A stretch of 64,000 bases of DNA from Eledone cirrhosa (lineage: Eukaryota), in assembly GCA_964016885.1 (NCBI GenBank), contig OZ024742.1, positions 25,110,001-25,174,000 on the forward strand, read 5' to 3'. The notes under the pieces are model-generated. The model did not search any database, was not told the origin of the DNA, and was given only the letters and a program-made list of their open reading frames with translations. Numbering within the stretch: the first letter of the stretch is position 1; every line of letters starts with the position of its first letter. Below, one piece after another: positions 38,844-53,948 of the stretch. The translations under genes and the position numbers were made by a program.

Positions 38844-41734
38844 TTAAAAACATTTAACATTAGGCCAACTAGACAGCTACCAAAGTCATACACACACCCA
38901 AGAGGGGCATGTTACTGAATCTTAAAGGGTCAGAGTTTTATACAAATTTATATAGTTAACTTAAATATACAATAATTTTCTGCAACCAATGAATAAATCA
39001 CAAAATATCTTCAATCAGGAACAACCTTGTGGAAATATTTAAAGAGGTGGAGAGGATCATATGGTGTTTTGACCAGTAATATGGGAGGGGTTGAATGAAT
39101 GTGGGCTGTATTTAGTAATTATCTTAGTGTGGTCAGAGCAAGAAGTGTCAAAATCTACATTTGTCAGCTTGCCAAAGTCAGATTTATTTTATTTTGGAGA
39201 ATGAGGAACATAATTTTGTATGGTGAGTCAAAGGTAGCAAATCCTCAGGCACCAGCCTTGACCTACTCCCAGATATTTATTAACTGGTGTTGACAAACAT
39301 ATTTCTTTATTCCTTTCACCACCATTTCCCCCTCTCTTCCCCCCCCCCCTTTTTTCTGAGCAGAAGGGGCTTTTTAGTAGAGACAATAATTGACAGCTTT
39401 TCTTGTGCTGGTGCCACAAAAATGCACCTAGAACACTCCATAAGGTGGTTGGTGATATGAAGGGCTTCCCATTGTAGCAACCATACCAAAAAATGTCGAG
39501 AAGACACCCTCTTTAGTGCTGGTAATTTACATAAATATATCCAGTACACACTGTAATGCGGCTGGTGATATGATGGGCATCAAGCCACAAAGAGCTTGCC
39601 AAAAAAACAAACCCTTTTATGTTTTTTGGCAAGCTCTTTGTTACGTCAATGGCATGGCAACCTTTCTAGCGTTGCTGATCTACATAAGTTCATCCAGTAC
39701 ACACTGTAAAATAGTTGGTCATTGGAAGGATATCCGACCATGAAGAGCTTGCCAAAAAGAAAGTCTTGGGAGGACACAACAGTTGTGTGGAAAACATAAC
39801 AGCCCCACCTAGCACTAGTGTCACAAAAAAATGCACTTAGTAGAGTGTGGGGCCATACGTAAGAGGGATACAAGCCCTCAGTTCATCTGAAAAGTCACAG
39901 CCTCCAGTTGAGTGCTATCATCTTCAGTGAGTAATGAATCTTGCTTGTTAAGTTTCATATTTGGCATGGTTGCAATGGTTGGATGTTCATCCTAACATCA
40001 ATACTTTACCAGTTGTGACATCACTGGTACCAAGATCTATTGGTGTTTACCTTTCCCTTTGACAACATTGGTGGTGTGGAGATTGGTCACTGATATGCAT
40101 TATATGGTGTGGAGAGTGGTGACTGGTATGCATTATATGTATGTGCATACATCCCTGTTGATGCATGTGTTTGTGATTATGCCTGGAAAGTTAGCAGTTT
40201 GACAAAAACGATTGATAAAATAAGTACCAGATTTAAAAAAAAAAATACATATATGGGGTCGATATGATGGACTAAATCATGGCTTCTTCTCAACATAGCC
40301 ACAGTCTATTGATTGAAACAAACATAAATAAAAGAATAATTTGTGATATTTGTACAGTATTCTATGTACTATACATACACCTTTGATGAGTTGTAGTGCA
40401 CCTGAGCACTGTACACAATACTTTTCATTATATTTTATATATCATAACTTCTTATATATTTAAATGTTGGTAAATCAATGATAAATATTGATTGCCAGCT
40501 GAAGTATTTATATAAATATACTGAAGCGAAAACCAAACCAAACAGTGAGTGTGCTTTACTAATTATAGGCAATATTAGGACAACATGACCCTCCACAAAT
40601 ATAACAATATCTACATTAAATTTATCTTAAATCTCCATGTTTGATTATCATCATCCTCATAATCTCTACATTCTCTTTTTCATTGGAGCATGGGTGGATT
40701 GGGAAGATTTGAGGCAATGTTTTACAGCCACATACCCTTCCAGATGATAACTCTTTTGCAATATGCAGGGGTGTGGTGCATCGACTCTAAAAACCAAGAT
40801 ACACATGTTGTTTATACATACACACAGATACACCCATACACACACACAAATCTATATGTATATATATATATCCATCAAAGCTGTAAATACAGATAGAGAA
40901 AGAGGAGAGAATGGAGAAAAATGAATGGCAAAAGAGTAAACAGGAATATTGAAAAAAACACACACACCTATCTCCCCCCCCCCCCCACACACACACACAC
41001 AACATACACTGAAATAGGTATACAAACAAATAGATCTATTTATTTTTCTTTATACAACACAAGTGACAAAATATATGATAGAAATTTTAAATATTTTGGC
41101 AAGATTTCACGTGTGGATGGTTTCTCAGAAAATTTTCTAAAAGCCTCTGTCAAAGCATATTCTTACAATGATAATATTGGGAGTTTATTGTCATTTCATA
41201 CATGATATATTGAAATTCAATTCAAAATCTATTTTTACATATTGGGTATATGAAAAATCTGAAACCTCTTTCCAAACACATATAAGCATACACACATGTG
41301 AACATAAGCCCATGCACACACACATATATATGTACATACACACTTGCATACATATACACATTGTGCATGTACATATGAACATACATATGTACATACACAC
41401 ACATTTATATAAGCTGGGTGCACGGCAACAACACTGCTCTTTAACAAAACTAGGGTTCTAGTTGTGCCTTCAATGATCTTGTCCAGTTTCTTTGGCTTTA
41501 ATATAGAGAAGTATCTCCAAACTGATACAAGACCAGTTTTCCTTCTGGGGTCCTTTCACCTAAAGGAGAGTGTTGCTAACCCACAGGACAAGGCATGCTG
41601 GAATCTATCAGATGTCCAATTCTGGCAATGTGGACTTTTTACCATCTTTTTCCCACATAACATTTGAATAATATGCATTGTAAAGTTATGTTATTACCTC
41701 AACATCCAGTCTAAACTAATGAGATCGTGTAGGT

Positions 41735-41985
41735 GTCATGACAAATAAAACCCCACTCAGTCCAAGCTGAAATGTGGCCATGTAGGTAACACGGTAAAAA
41801 GCTCCCAGTCCACACAGTAATTGTGGTTTGTGTTAGGAAAGGCATCCAGCCATAGAAAACCTGCCAGATAGTCCTATACGAGCGAGACACGGTTACTCGA
41901 CCAATCTTGCCTCAAGTGGGACAATTCCCGTCTAACCCATGCTAGGATGGAAGATAGACGTTAAATGATGATGATGATGATGATG
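41735..41985 (+). mobile_element. SINE/LINE tail with ggaaggcatccagc motif and (tga)n end
   Basis: Same tail module as 11860-11948. Confidence 0.65.
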
Positions 41986-42124
41986 TTCCATTTTGCCGGG
42001 ACCCACATTTGGAGCAAAGTCAACAACAATAATAATAGTAAAAATAACTGTTTCTACTTTAGGCACTAGGCCAGTAATCTGAAGGGGGGGGGGGGTCGAT
42101 TAAATTGACCCCAGTAGATTACTG

Positions 42125-42379
42125 TGAAGCGCATGGCTTAGTGGTTAGAGCATTGGGCTTGCAATCGAAAGGTTGCGAGTTCAATTCTTGGACCGGGCGA
42201 TGTGTTGTTTCCTTGAGCAAGACACTTTATTTCACGTTGCTCCAGTTTACTCAGCTGTAGAAATGAGATGATAGGACTGGGGTCCCTATCATTAAATCAC
42301 CCAAGACACCTCCAACAAGATATATCTTGGAGGAGGTCAGCTAAACCTGCATAGGTGTGAGCTGTCACACACACACACG
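42125..42379 (+). mobile_element. CORE-like SINE with (CA)n tail nested in a Meta-like SINE (42048-42500, -)
   Basis: 13-bp TSD cagtagattactg at 42112-42124 and 42380-42392. Confidence 0.9.
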
Positions 42380-43134
42380 CAGTAGATTACTGGTGCTTTA
42401 TTTTATTGAGCTCCTGGTGGGTGAAAGGCAAAGTGACATGGGCCGGACGTAAAGAAATGTAACAACTACTACTCTAAGAACTCTGCCACTCTACCTCCCG
42501 CCTACTTCTTAGAATAATAATATTATTAATTATAAAACCCATGATATACAATATTTTTCCTATGTTCTCTCATTGATTGAAACAAAGCAAAAAGAAATTG
42601 AAGAATCTAGAGCAAGTGTCAACTTGATTGTACAAGATTTCAGTATGGCGCTAGAATTCCAAATAATTGGTGAGGAAGAATTGAAGTAGATAACTCTGGT
42701 GTTTGAACTGTGAGCTGATTAGTGTATGTTAAATGATTGGCAATTGAATTTTGAGAATGAATATTGATCTTGCTGATTATAATTTCACTCAAAATTGGGA
42801 ACCATTTATTAGGCAGACGGCAACAAATTTGGAAATGAAGTATAAATATTGCAAAACTTACCATGCAGCAAATTAAATTCTCTTGGAGCAGTGACACGTA
42901 CAGACATAGCCAGTCACTCACTGTAGTACTTTCTATCTCCCTCTCACATGTACAGCCATATATGTGCATATATTGGTACATATATGTACATATACATATG
43001 TGTATATATAAATATAATTATACATATATATGTGTGTGTGTTTTATATCTACATACATATGCCTACATATATATTGTGTATATATGCATATAATTATATG
43101 TATGTATATATGTGTGTGAAAGGTTTATATATAG

Positions 43135-43522
43135 ATGGCTTAGTGGTTAGAGCATTAGCCTTGCAATCGAAAGGTTGTGAGTTCAATTCTCAGACCGGGT
43201 GATGTGTTGTTTCCTTGAGCAAGACACTTTATTTCACATTGCTCCAGTTTACTCAGCTGTAGAAATGAGATGATAGGACTGGGGTCCATATCATTCCATT
43301 GCAAAATGGATGTGGAGGTGCCAAGGCAAAAAAGCACCCAGCACTCACTGTAAAATGGACGTGTAGGCACCACGGAAAAAAAGCACCCAGCACTCACTAT
43401 AAATGAGGTTGGTATTAGGAAGGGCATCCAGCTGTAGAAATCAAGCCAGAATCAGTTCCCGTCCCACCCTTGCAAGCAGGGAAAAGCGGATGTAAAATGA
43501 AATGATGATGATGATGATGATG
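43135..43522 (+). mobile_element. CORE-like SINE with RTE-type tail
   Basis: Head nearly identical to the 11628 copy; longer RTE-UTR-derived tail. Confidence 0.85.
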
Positions 43523-43688
43523 CCTACATTTATATATGTATATATATGAATATAATTGTATGTATGTGTGTATATCGTTTATATATATTTAAACATACAT
43601 GCCTACATATATATATGTATATATAGATGAATATAATTATATATACGTGTGTGTGTGTTTGTGTGATTTATAAATATTTATATATACA

Positions 43689-43732
<44 letters not shown>

Positions 43733-44156
43733 CATATATATATATACACACACACACATATATATATATATATGTATACAGATATATATATATATTTTCA
43801 GTGTACAATAGTTTTTGCTTTGTTGTTTACATTTACATTGTGCGCGCACACACACACACACCACACACACACACATGCTTGTGTGAATTTGCATATGCAT
43901 CCAGATTAGAATGGAAAAAGTTGAAGATATTGAAATAGTAAGTTTGAGTAAAATTTGATTAGTCAATGAAAATAGAATGGTATTTACTGCAGTTGTTTAA
44001 AAAACTCACCAATGGCTGACTGATTTGTTTCTCATGTTACAATACAATACCAATGATACATCATGGCATACGATTGAATAATTTAATTATGAAATGAAAT
44101 CGGGCAGAAATTTAATCTTTCTTTGTGATTATTGCTGTTGTTGTTGTTATTGTTGT

Positions 44157-44310
44157 AATCATCATCATTATCGTTATCATCATCAACATCATCTTCATTA
44201 TCATCATCACCATAATCACCATCATCATTATTGTTATCATCATCACCATCATTATCATCATCATCACCATCATCACCATCATCAACATCGTCATTATCAT
44301 CATCACCATC

Positions 44311-44345
<35 letters not shown>

Positions 44346-44363
44346 TATAATCATCATCATCAC

Positions 44364-44395
<32 letters not shown>

Positions 44396-44560
44396 TCATC
44401 ACCATCATCTTCATCATCATCATCACCATCATCATCATTATCATCATCATCATCATCACCATCATCTTCATCATCATTATCAACATCATCTTCATTATCA
44501 TCATCAACATCATTTCATTATCATCATCAACATCATCAACATCATCATCATCAACATCAT
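44157..44560. repeat. Degenerate (CAT)n trinucleotide array
   Basis: Gives poly-His/Ile/Met ORFs in several frames. Confidence 0.95.
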
Positions 44561-44696
44561 CTACTTTGTGGCCAAAATGAAAGAAATCATTGTTATTATC
44601 TTTATTATTATTATTGTTGTTGTATATTTATTTTATTATCTGTTTAAACTGATGTAGCTAATAACGAAATTATTATCCTTATTATGATTATTAAGA

Positions 44697-45505
44697 GGGT
44701 GGTGGATTGGCAGTATCGGTAGAGCATCGGACACCATGCTTTGCAGCATAGAATTACGGCCCTTTACGATCTGAGTTCAAATCCTGCCGAGGTTAACTTT
44801 GACTTTCATCCTTACGGGTCAATAAAATAAAGTACCAGTAATGCAAGGAGTTTGATTTAATCGACTTCCCCCTCCCCCAAAATTGCTGGCCGTGTGCCTA
44901 TATAAGAAACCAAGCTTTGACTCATAGAGTTACGGACCTTTCCATTCTGAGTTCAAACCACGCCGAGGTTAACTTTGCCTTTCATCCTTACGAGGTCGAT
45001 AAAATAAAGTACCAGTAATGTACTGAGTAATTGCTGGCCTTGTGCCAAAAGTAGAAACAATTATTATTAATATTAAGGGTGGTGGCTCTGTAGTATTGGT
45101 ATAGGGGCGGACAAGATGCTTTGCATCATATAGTTACGTCCGCTTACATTCTGAGTTCCAACCCTGCCAATCTTAGCTTTCCTTTTCATCCTTCTGGGGT
45201 TGATAAAATAAAGTACCAGTAATGCACTGGGTTTGATTTATTCAACTTTTGCCTCCCCACGAATTGTTGGCCTTGTGTCTTAATCAGAAACCATTAAGTG
45301 TGGTGAATTTCCATTATTGGATGAGCATTGGACACCATGCTTTGTGGCATAGAGCTATGGCCATTTACATACTGAGTTCAAATCCTACCTTTCATCTTTA
45401 TGGGTTTAATGAAATAAAGCACTAGTAATGCAGTGGGGTTGATTTAATCAATGTTCTCCTCCCCCAAAATTGTTGGCGTTGTGCCTAAATGAGAAACCAT
45501 TATTA
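44697..45505 (+). mobile_element. Four head-to-tail Meta-like SINEs
   Basis: Copies start at about 44697, 44925, 45077 and 45298. Confidence 0.88.
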
Positions 45506-45556
45506 TTATTATTGTTATTTATCTATTTATCTGGTTTAACTTTGATGCTGCTTTAA

Positions 45557-45775
45557 CCCTTTAGCATTTAAACTGGCCATATCCGGCCAGAATTCTCTCA
45601 CCTTCTTCTGTTTAAACTGGCCATAACTGACTGCTCACTCATGTTAAGGTATTGTCCTCTAAATAAATAACATCAAAATCTTGTAGATTCAATATTATGT
45701 GAGATAATTATGTAAGATAAAGCGTTTAACACAAACATACAATAGTATATATAGAGTAATGTAAATGCTAAAGGT
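45557..45775. mobile_element. piggyBac-type MITE, uninterrupted copy (~219 bp)
   Basis: TTAA|ccctttagcattta ... taaatgctaaaggt|TTAA. Confidence 0.85.
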
Positions 45776-48419
45776 TTAAGCTAGTTATTTTAGGGATTAC
45801 CATGCTACAACTAGTAATCTAGAGTAAATCCAACTTTTTCCTAGTCTATCTTGTCATTTTATTACTGCTGGTAATCCAGAACCTTTCTCAATATTCGAGC
45901 TCTTCCCAGTTGGTATGTTTTCTAGAGTAGGTCAATCCTTGGAGTAAAGTCTACCTTTGACAGGTAGGTACGTCTCAGATAGTTAGTTCTTCTTTCTCTG
46001 GTAACATCAACAATCTGGCATTCACATTCATTTCAATTAGAAGATATATCTTTTCTTTGTTCAGTTGGCTTTTATCTCTCTATCTGTGACATATTCTAGG
46101 GTAGGGTTGCTTTGTCATTCTCTAAGATCTTTTCTGTTGGATTTGTGTACCCCCTTTTCAACATCATCATCATAATTTAACATCCAGGGATGGTTTCCTA
46201 CATACACAGTTTGGATGGGCCTTCACCTCCTTCCACAAAATATCACAGCAGCTACTGCCTCAACTAAGAACACCACCACCATACTGCCACTAATATTAAC
46301 ACCACCACCTCCACTATATAATAATTCTACCAACAAGAACACCACAGGCACTAAAACCACCACAAACAATAATAAAAGCATTAACAACACCAACAACAAC
46401 AAAAATACAAGCTGCTATCAACACTACCACACACATTACCACCATCACAACCAACAACAACAACAGTTACAACAATACAACAACACACCACCACTAACAC
46501 CCCCACAACCAACACCAACACACTGCTGCTACCGCCGCCACCACCACCACCACCACCACCACCAACAACAACAGTTATAACAAGCTGCTATCAACACTTT
46601 AGCTAGTAAATTAAGGTTATTAATCACACAACAATCTGATTTAATTGCTTCATTTATAAAGCAGCTCCCAGTTTATGATGATTTCTTGTTTAGGAATAGC
46701 TTCTGGTAACTGGCACTCCTCTACTCAACCCCAACAATCTGTTCAGCTCCTTTGATGATGCTATTATATAGCAGTATAAACACAGCAGTTAACTGAGGCA
46801 AGAGGAGCTCTACTGCTGGTTAGTTTTCCACCAAAAAATATATCTTAGTCATTAATCACAGCAGATTATTCAACCAAAACAAACTTGAATCTTATGTATG
46901 TTAAAGTATGTATATGTATGTGTGTGTGTCTGTGTATGTATATGTGTGTGTGAGTGTATAGATGTGTGTGTACATATGTATGAATGTGTGTGTATGTATG
47001 TATGCATGTATGTATTCTCTTTCTCTTAATTTTGAGTATATTTTTTTGACCGGCCACCTTCCTATGTATGTATGTATGTATGTATGTATGTATGTATGTA
47101 TGTATGTATGTATGTATGTATGTATGTATGTATGCATGTATGTATGTATGCATATATGTACATATGTATGTATGTGAGTATGTATGTATACTTTCACATC
47201 TATTTTCCATTCTAATGTGTGTATACATAAACAGACACACATGCACAAACCCATACTGACATATATATATATGGAATATGGTAGGGTTCCAGTTGTTTGA
47301 ACACCAGAGCAACCTACTTGTGAAATTAACTAGTGTCTGAGCATTCTACAGACTTGTATTCCCATAATATAGTTCACAGCCTATTAATTACATGTTTGAC
47401 AGCTGGGAAGACTAGATCAATGTAGAATAAAGGAACTTGCTTAAGGATACAATGCACTGTAGGGAATTGAACTTATGGCCTTGTAATTGTGAGCCAAATA
47501 CAATAACCACTAAGCCACATTCCATCATCACACATATATAAATTGTGAGAGTTTGTATACTGTATATGTTTGTTTTATATTTCAATTATTTTATATCTGT
47601 ACAGAAGCTTATTTGAAGATGTACTTGTGCTTTCTATTCTGAAAAATAAAGTGTTGATTCTGTTATGTTGAAATGATCACAGAATTATAAGGAAAAGTTG
47701 AAAGTGATTTTGAATTTTGTGTGTAGTTAGTTTCATTTACATTCTGAAGCAGGTGATATTTTAAAGTCACTTTCAACTTTTCTCTTGTAAAATAAAATAT
47801 ACATACTACTTAATTTAATATTCATGCTGACCCTTATCAATGATCATGAATGTTGGGAAATGCCTGAAAGATGATTGTGAAGACAAGCGACTGAAATGGG
47901 GTTCCTTTGAAGGGTCTTTGGAGTAATGTTACTTGATAGCTCAGAGAGTTGTTCAAGTTAGAGCTGCTATTTCTCTGAATTGAGAGATCACAGCTTTGAT
48001 ACTATGGACATGTGGTAAGAATATCTCAGGAAACATTCACTGGACATATTTTATGGGCAAAAACAACTAGTAGGAGATCCAGGGGTAGATCTTGAGCAAG
48101 ATGGTTGGGGATTCAGCCTGGTCAATTAGAGACAGTTGCTTCTGATAGGACTCGCTGGAATGAATACTTGCGGTCTCTACCCCCATGACCCTCTCAGGAA
48201 TCAGTGTGTAAAGAAGAAAACACTACTTATATGCAGTGAGTACTCATTCAAATAATACTTGACTTTAATGTCTGTTTATACTTAAAATACATCCATCAAT
48301 ATTTCATTGATGAGGATGCTGATGAATATATATAATATATATTGTCCTGATCTCCAAGGAGAGTGTTTTATGGTGAGCTAACTGATAGTTCTCGTTAATG
48401 TGGTTATCCTAAGAAATGT

Positions 48420-48700
48420 TCACCATCATCCATCATCTGAGTGTGATTATTGTACAGATCGCCATGACTCATTCTCTCCAATCTGTTTGGTCTGTCATTG
48501 CTCATGGTAGGTCTTCTCGGATGCACTCAGAATCCTTGTACTGTTGCTTTATGTAGGTTCAATGTCATCTACCAACATTTGCATACCCATGCTTGAGTTC
48601 CCAAAGAAGACCATCGCTGATTGTCTCATCCTTTGCTCTCTAACAATGTCCAAGGAATCTTGTTCTTTCTCTGATGACATATGATATTGGTGAGAAATTA
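48420..48700 (-). mobile_element. RTE/RTE-X-like LINE 3' fossil
   Basis: Minus strand GHC*RAKDETISDGLLWELKHGYANVGR...AMTDQTDWRE*V followed by a (tga)-like tail. Confidence 0.7.
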
Positions 48701-49719
48701 CCATGGCGAAGTTCTTTCATAGAGTTTTGTCTCCAGGAGACATTCAGAGCAGCTTGAAGAAGTATTGGCAAGACCAACTGAAACACATTTTCACAGCTTG
48801 TGAAATTTCTGCCAAAGGTCTTGAAGGATCATTCCATATCAGAAGGTATCTGGATGAGAGTTTTATGATTAACTTACATATTGGCTACATTTTTATTTTT
48901 CATAGGCTCTCTCTATTTGCAATATCAAAGGTTTTTTAGATCAATAAAACCAGGGTAAGATCCATTTTTTTGTTCATAGCCCTTCACCTCTAGTTGTGCC
49001 TCTACTGGAAATGGAGGCACTCTTGATTTAAAGAAAGTCATCAGTTAAAAGGAATTTATTCAGATAAATGACAAGTATACTTGTTAGAAACTTACCATCT
49101 AGCTTGTGATCGATTTTTTTTAATGATAAAATTTGATACATACACAATCCATCCACCGATATATAAGACTCAGCCCAGATGATACAAACCCATAATAGCA
49201 TATAGATATAAAAGCCTCCAAGGTGGTCATGCTATATTCTGAGACCTTTTCTGTTATAAAGAAGAAATATAATTGAACTTATCTAGTCCTTGGGAATAGC
49301 ACCATCTGTTCAGACCACACTGTGGGATACAATTTCCACCAAAAAATGCCTTAACATAGATTTCATCTTTACCAGATATTTTATCAAGATTCAGGGTAGT
49401 TATTTCCTCTGGTATCTCATTTATTTGAGGTGGAATGTATGTTTTACTGGGTTAACCATTTTGATACCACCCACCCATTCAAAACTGCTTCTGCTTCTAT
49501 GAAATAGAACTCTGCTAATTTTAAAAGTGATCTCTTGAAATATAGATCTTCCATCATCACTTGATATAAGAACCTTTTGTTAAGCTGTTACAAATATTAT
49601 TGTAATAATGAAATAATTATCATGTTATTAATTCCCTTCAAATTCTTCATTAATTAATTCAAAAATTAATTAATAAAGAAATCTGGTAATGAAAAGGCTG
49701 AGATTTTATAATGTTTATA

Positions 49720-50830
49720 TTTGAAGTACCATAAAAGACATTTTTCAGGGAATTTTGTTTAATTTTTGTTATATTGGTGCTAGCTGGAGAAATGCTTATC
49801 TTTCAGTTCTTAGAATCTTTTAGCCGTATTAGCTTTAACATCTATATCCTATTATAGGTTTGTAATATAGGGGCTGAGTCATAGATCAGGGGTGGGTGGC
49901 GTGAGTATATATAAAATGTTATCATCAAAGCTATTATTAGCTAGAGCATTATTTTATTAAGTTACTGCTCTATCAAAGATCTCTGTATTTTAAAGGAGGT
50001 TCTTGTGCTAATATTATTGATTAGCATCTTTGTATGTGTAATATGATTTAGTGTTTATATGCTTTAATATCTAATTCTTGTTTGTTATAAGTACTATGAT
50101 TTAAATTAAGAGTGACATTTATGTAGTTTGTTATATCTAGTTATATATATTAATGACTACTTTTACTCCTAGTTTGTCAAAGGTGCAGATAAAATCCTTT
50201 CTAAATTTATCTAAAACATGTCCATTAAATAAAGTGGTTAAATTACGTAAAGGAAAAATTTGAAATGTATGATTTCTAATGCAAATAACCATCTCCAGGG
50301 CTATTTACCTGATTCTCTCAGTTATTATTTATAATGGTCCTTGATATTATGGTCATTTGCATTGGGACTCATATATTTCACATGTCCATTACAGTGACTT
50401 GTTGCAGCTAATATGTCATCACTGTATAAACCGATGTTGGAGCTGTTGAATCTAATATTCTAAACATACAGAGTATAGAGGCTGACAAAGTCACATATCT
50501 GTGTTCGTATGACACCATCAAATGGTGAAGGCGCATGGCTTAGTGGTTAGAGCATTGGTCTTGCAATTGAAAGGTTGTGAGTTCAATTCTCGGACTGGAT
50601 GATGTGTTGTTTCCTTGAGCAATACACTTTACTTCACGTTGCTCCAGTTTACTCAGCTGTAGAAATGAGATGATAGGACTGGGGTACCTATCATTAAATT
50701 ACCCAAGACACCTCCAACGAGATATACCTTGGGGGAGGTCAGCTAAACCTGCAATGGTGTGAGCTGTCACACATACACACACCATCAAATGTGCCAGATT
50801 GGTAGGATTTTTTATATACAGGCTGAAATC
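49720..50830 (-). pseudogene. Old, decayed Penelope-like RT fossil
   Basis: After removing the SINE, the minus strand reads GTFDGVIRTQICDFVSLYTL...NIGLYSDDILAA, then NVTLNLNHSTY and VKANTAKRF*ELKDKHF, colinear with the 3846 ORF. Confidence 0.7.
50525..50778 (+). mobile_element. CORE-like SINE with (CA)n tail
   Basis: 13-bp TSD acaccatcaaatg at 50512-50524 and 50779-50791; close match to 42125-42379. Confidence 0.9.
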
Positions 50831-51287
50831 TTACTATAGGGTAGAATGTATGTAGTATACATATTGATTTCTGCAGCTATGTAATCTAAGTCCATATATC
50901 TTTATGTGAAGTCTTGTGTCATGTTCACCCCACCTGAGGAAAGAGCCTGGTGAGGTTGAATGGCTGATGTAATAATTATTTATAGCTATTCTCCTGGGCA
51001 AGACTTTACATTTCAGCAATTGTAACTGCAAAGATAATGGAGAGTAAAATAATTGCTTCAGTATTGACTCAGTCTTTGAAGACCCATCGAACCCTTACTA
51101 GTAGGGAAACTGGATGTTAAATGATGATGGTGACATTTATATGTATGTATATGTATGTATGTGTGGATGCATGTATGTATGCATGTCTGTATGTATGCAC
51201 GTTTCTATGTATGGACATATGCAGGTATGTAGGTATGTACATATGCATGTATGTATGTACATATTTATGCATGTATGTATGCATATG

Positions 51288-51322
<35 letters not shown>

Positions 51323-52261
51323 GTATGTACATATGTATGCATCCATATGTATGTATATATTACAATATGGTATCCAATGATGTTGACTTGTTCTTCTCTT
51401 TGGTAAATATCATCTTGGTTAAGAGAGTGGAACTGGTTTTGTGCAGTGCCTTTGCTCACTATAAAAGCTTCATGGCACAAGCATTGCTTTATATCTGGAG
51501 ACCTCTCTGCACTTGTCGTCACATGGTACCATGGGCCCAGCACTATGTGTCAGTAATTGTCACAAGTGTAGTGTTTGTACCAGAGTTTTCAAGTCGCTGG
51601 TTGGACTAAAAAGTCACACTCGTTCAGCGCATCAGTAGGAGTTCTCCTACATGGATATAAAGTAGTGGCCGTACTCGAAAACGAGTTGGCAGTCACCATG
51701 TACATATGTATGCATGTATGTATGTATGTTTGTATGTATGTATGTGTGTGTATGTATGTATGTATGTATGTGTGTATGTGTATGTATGTGTGTATGTGTG
51801 TGTATATGTATGTGTGTGTGTGTGTATGCATGTATGCATGTGTATGTGTGTATATATGTGTGTGTGTGTATGCATGTATGCATGTGTATGTATGTATGCA
51901 TGTATGCATGTTTGTACGTATGTATGTATGTGTGTGTATGTATGTATGTATGTATGTGTATGTGTGTATGTATGTATGTATGTATGTATGTATATGTGTG
52001 TATGTATGTATGTGTGTATGTATGTGCGGGTGTATGTATGTATGCATGTATGTATGTGTGTGTATGTATGTGTGTGTATGTATGTATGTGCGTGTGTGTA
52101 TGTATGTATGTACGTATGTATGTGTGTATATTGTAATAAAAGTCATATTCATTTATAATTTACCATTTTGATACCTAAGAACCACCATTGGAATTGAGCT
52201 GCATAGATCACATAGTATGGCACTGTAAGACAAGACACATACAGATGTATATATATATATA

Positions 52262-53395
52262 TACACATACATATATATGAGCATATACACAGACACAAAG
52301 GCACATACATGGATGCACAAATATACACACAGACACATACTTATACTCAACAAAGTGTATATACACATACATATATATGTGCATATACACAGACACAAAG
52401 GCACATACATGGATGCACAAATATACACACAGACATACTTATACTCAACAAAGTGTATATACACATACATATATATGAGCATAAACACAGACACAAAGGC
52501 ACATACATGGATGCACAAATATACACAGACACATACTTATACTCAACAAAGTGTATATACACATACATATATATGTGCATATACACAGACACAAAGGCAC
52601 ATACATGGATGCACAAATATACACACAGACACATACTTATACTCAACAAAGTGTATATACACATACATATATATGTGCATATACACAGACACAAAGGCAC
52701 ATACATGGATGCACAAATATACACACAGACATACTTATACTCAACAAAGTGTATATACACATACATATATATGTGCATATACACAGACACAAAGGCACAT
52801 ACATGGATGCACAAATATACACACAGACACATACTTATACTCAACAAAGTGTATATACACATACATATATATGTGCATATACACAGACACAAAGGCACAT
52901 ACATGGATGCACAAATATACACACAGACATACTTATACTCAACAAAGTGTATATACACATACATATATATGTGCATATACACAGACACAAAGGCACATAC
53001 ATATATATGTGCATATACACAGACACAAAGGCACATACATGGATGCACAAATATACACAGACACATACTTATACTCAACAAAGTGTATATACACATACAT
53101 ATATATGTGCATATACACAGACACAAAGGCACATACATGGATGCACAAATATACACACAGACACATACTTATACTCAGCAAAGTGTTTATACACATACAT
53201 ATATATGTGCATATACACAGACACAAAGGCACATACATGGATGCACAAATATACACACAGACATACTTATACTCAACAAAGTGTATATACACATACATAT
53301 ATATGTGCATATACACAGACACAAAGGCACATACATGGATGCACAAATATACACAGACACATACTTATACTCAGCAAAGTGTTTATACACAGATA
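52262..53395. repeat. ~100-bp tandem repeat built from frozen microsatellite, ~11 copies
   Basis: Unit contains cagacacaaaggcacatacatggatgcacaaa...cttatactcaacaaagtg. Confidence 0.95.
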
Positions 53396-53577
53396 CATAC
53401 ACACACACGTATAATTATCTACTCACATAAAAGTAAATTTATATACATCAATCTCTGTATGCATTATTCAGGAGACTTTTGTGTTTTGAAGAATAAACAT
53501 AAACAAATGCAATGTGTTTATATCTACTAGTGTATATATATGTTTCTGCATGTGTTGGTATAGATCTATGTATGTAT

Positions 53578-53654
<77 letters not shown>

Positions 53655-53800
53655 TATACATATATATACATGTATATATATATGTATATATATATATATT
53701 TACATGTATATATATATGTATATATATATACATGTATATATATATATATGTATATTCATTCATCATTCATTTCATTTTATGTTCGCTTTTCCCTGCTTGC

Positions 53801-53868
<68 letters not shown>

Positions 53869-53873
53869 GTATG

Positions 53874-53948
<75 letters not shown>

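Noticed and set aside
44094-44657. Poly-His ORF
   Set aside because: (CAT)n array that is equally open as poly-Ile and poly-Met; no domain or splice support.
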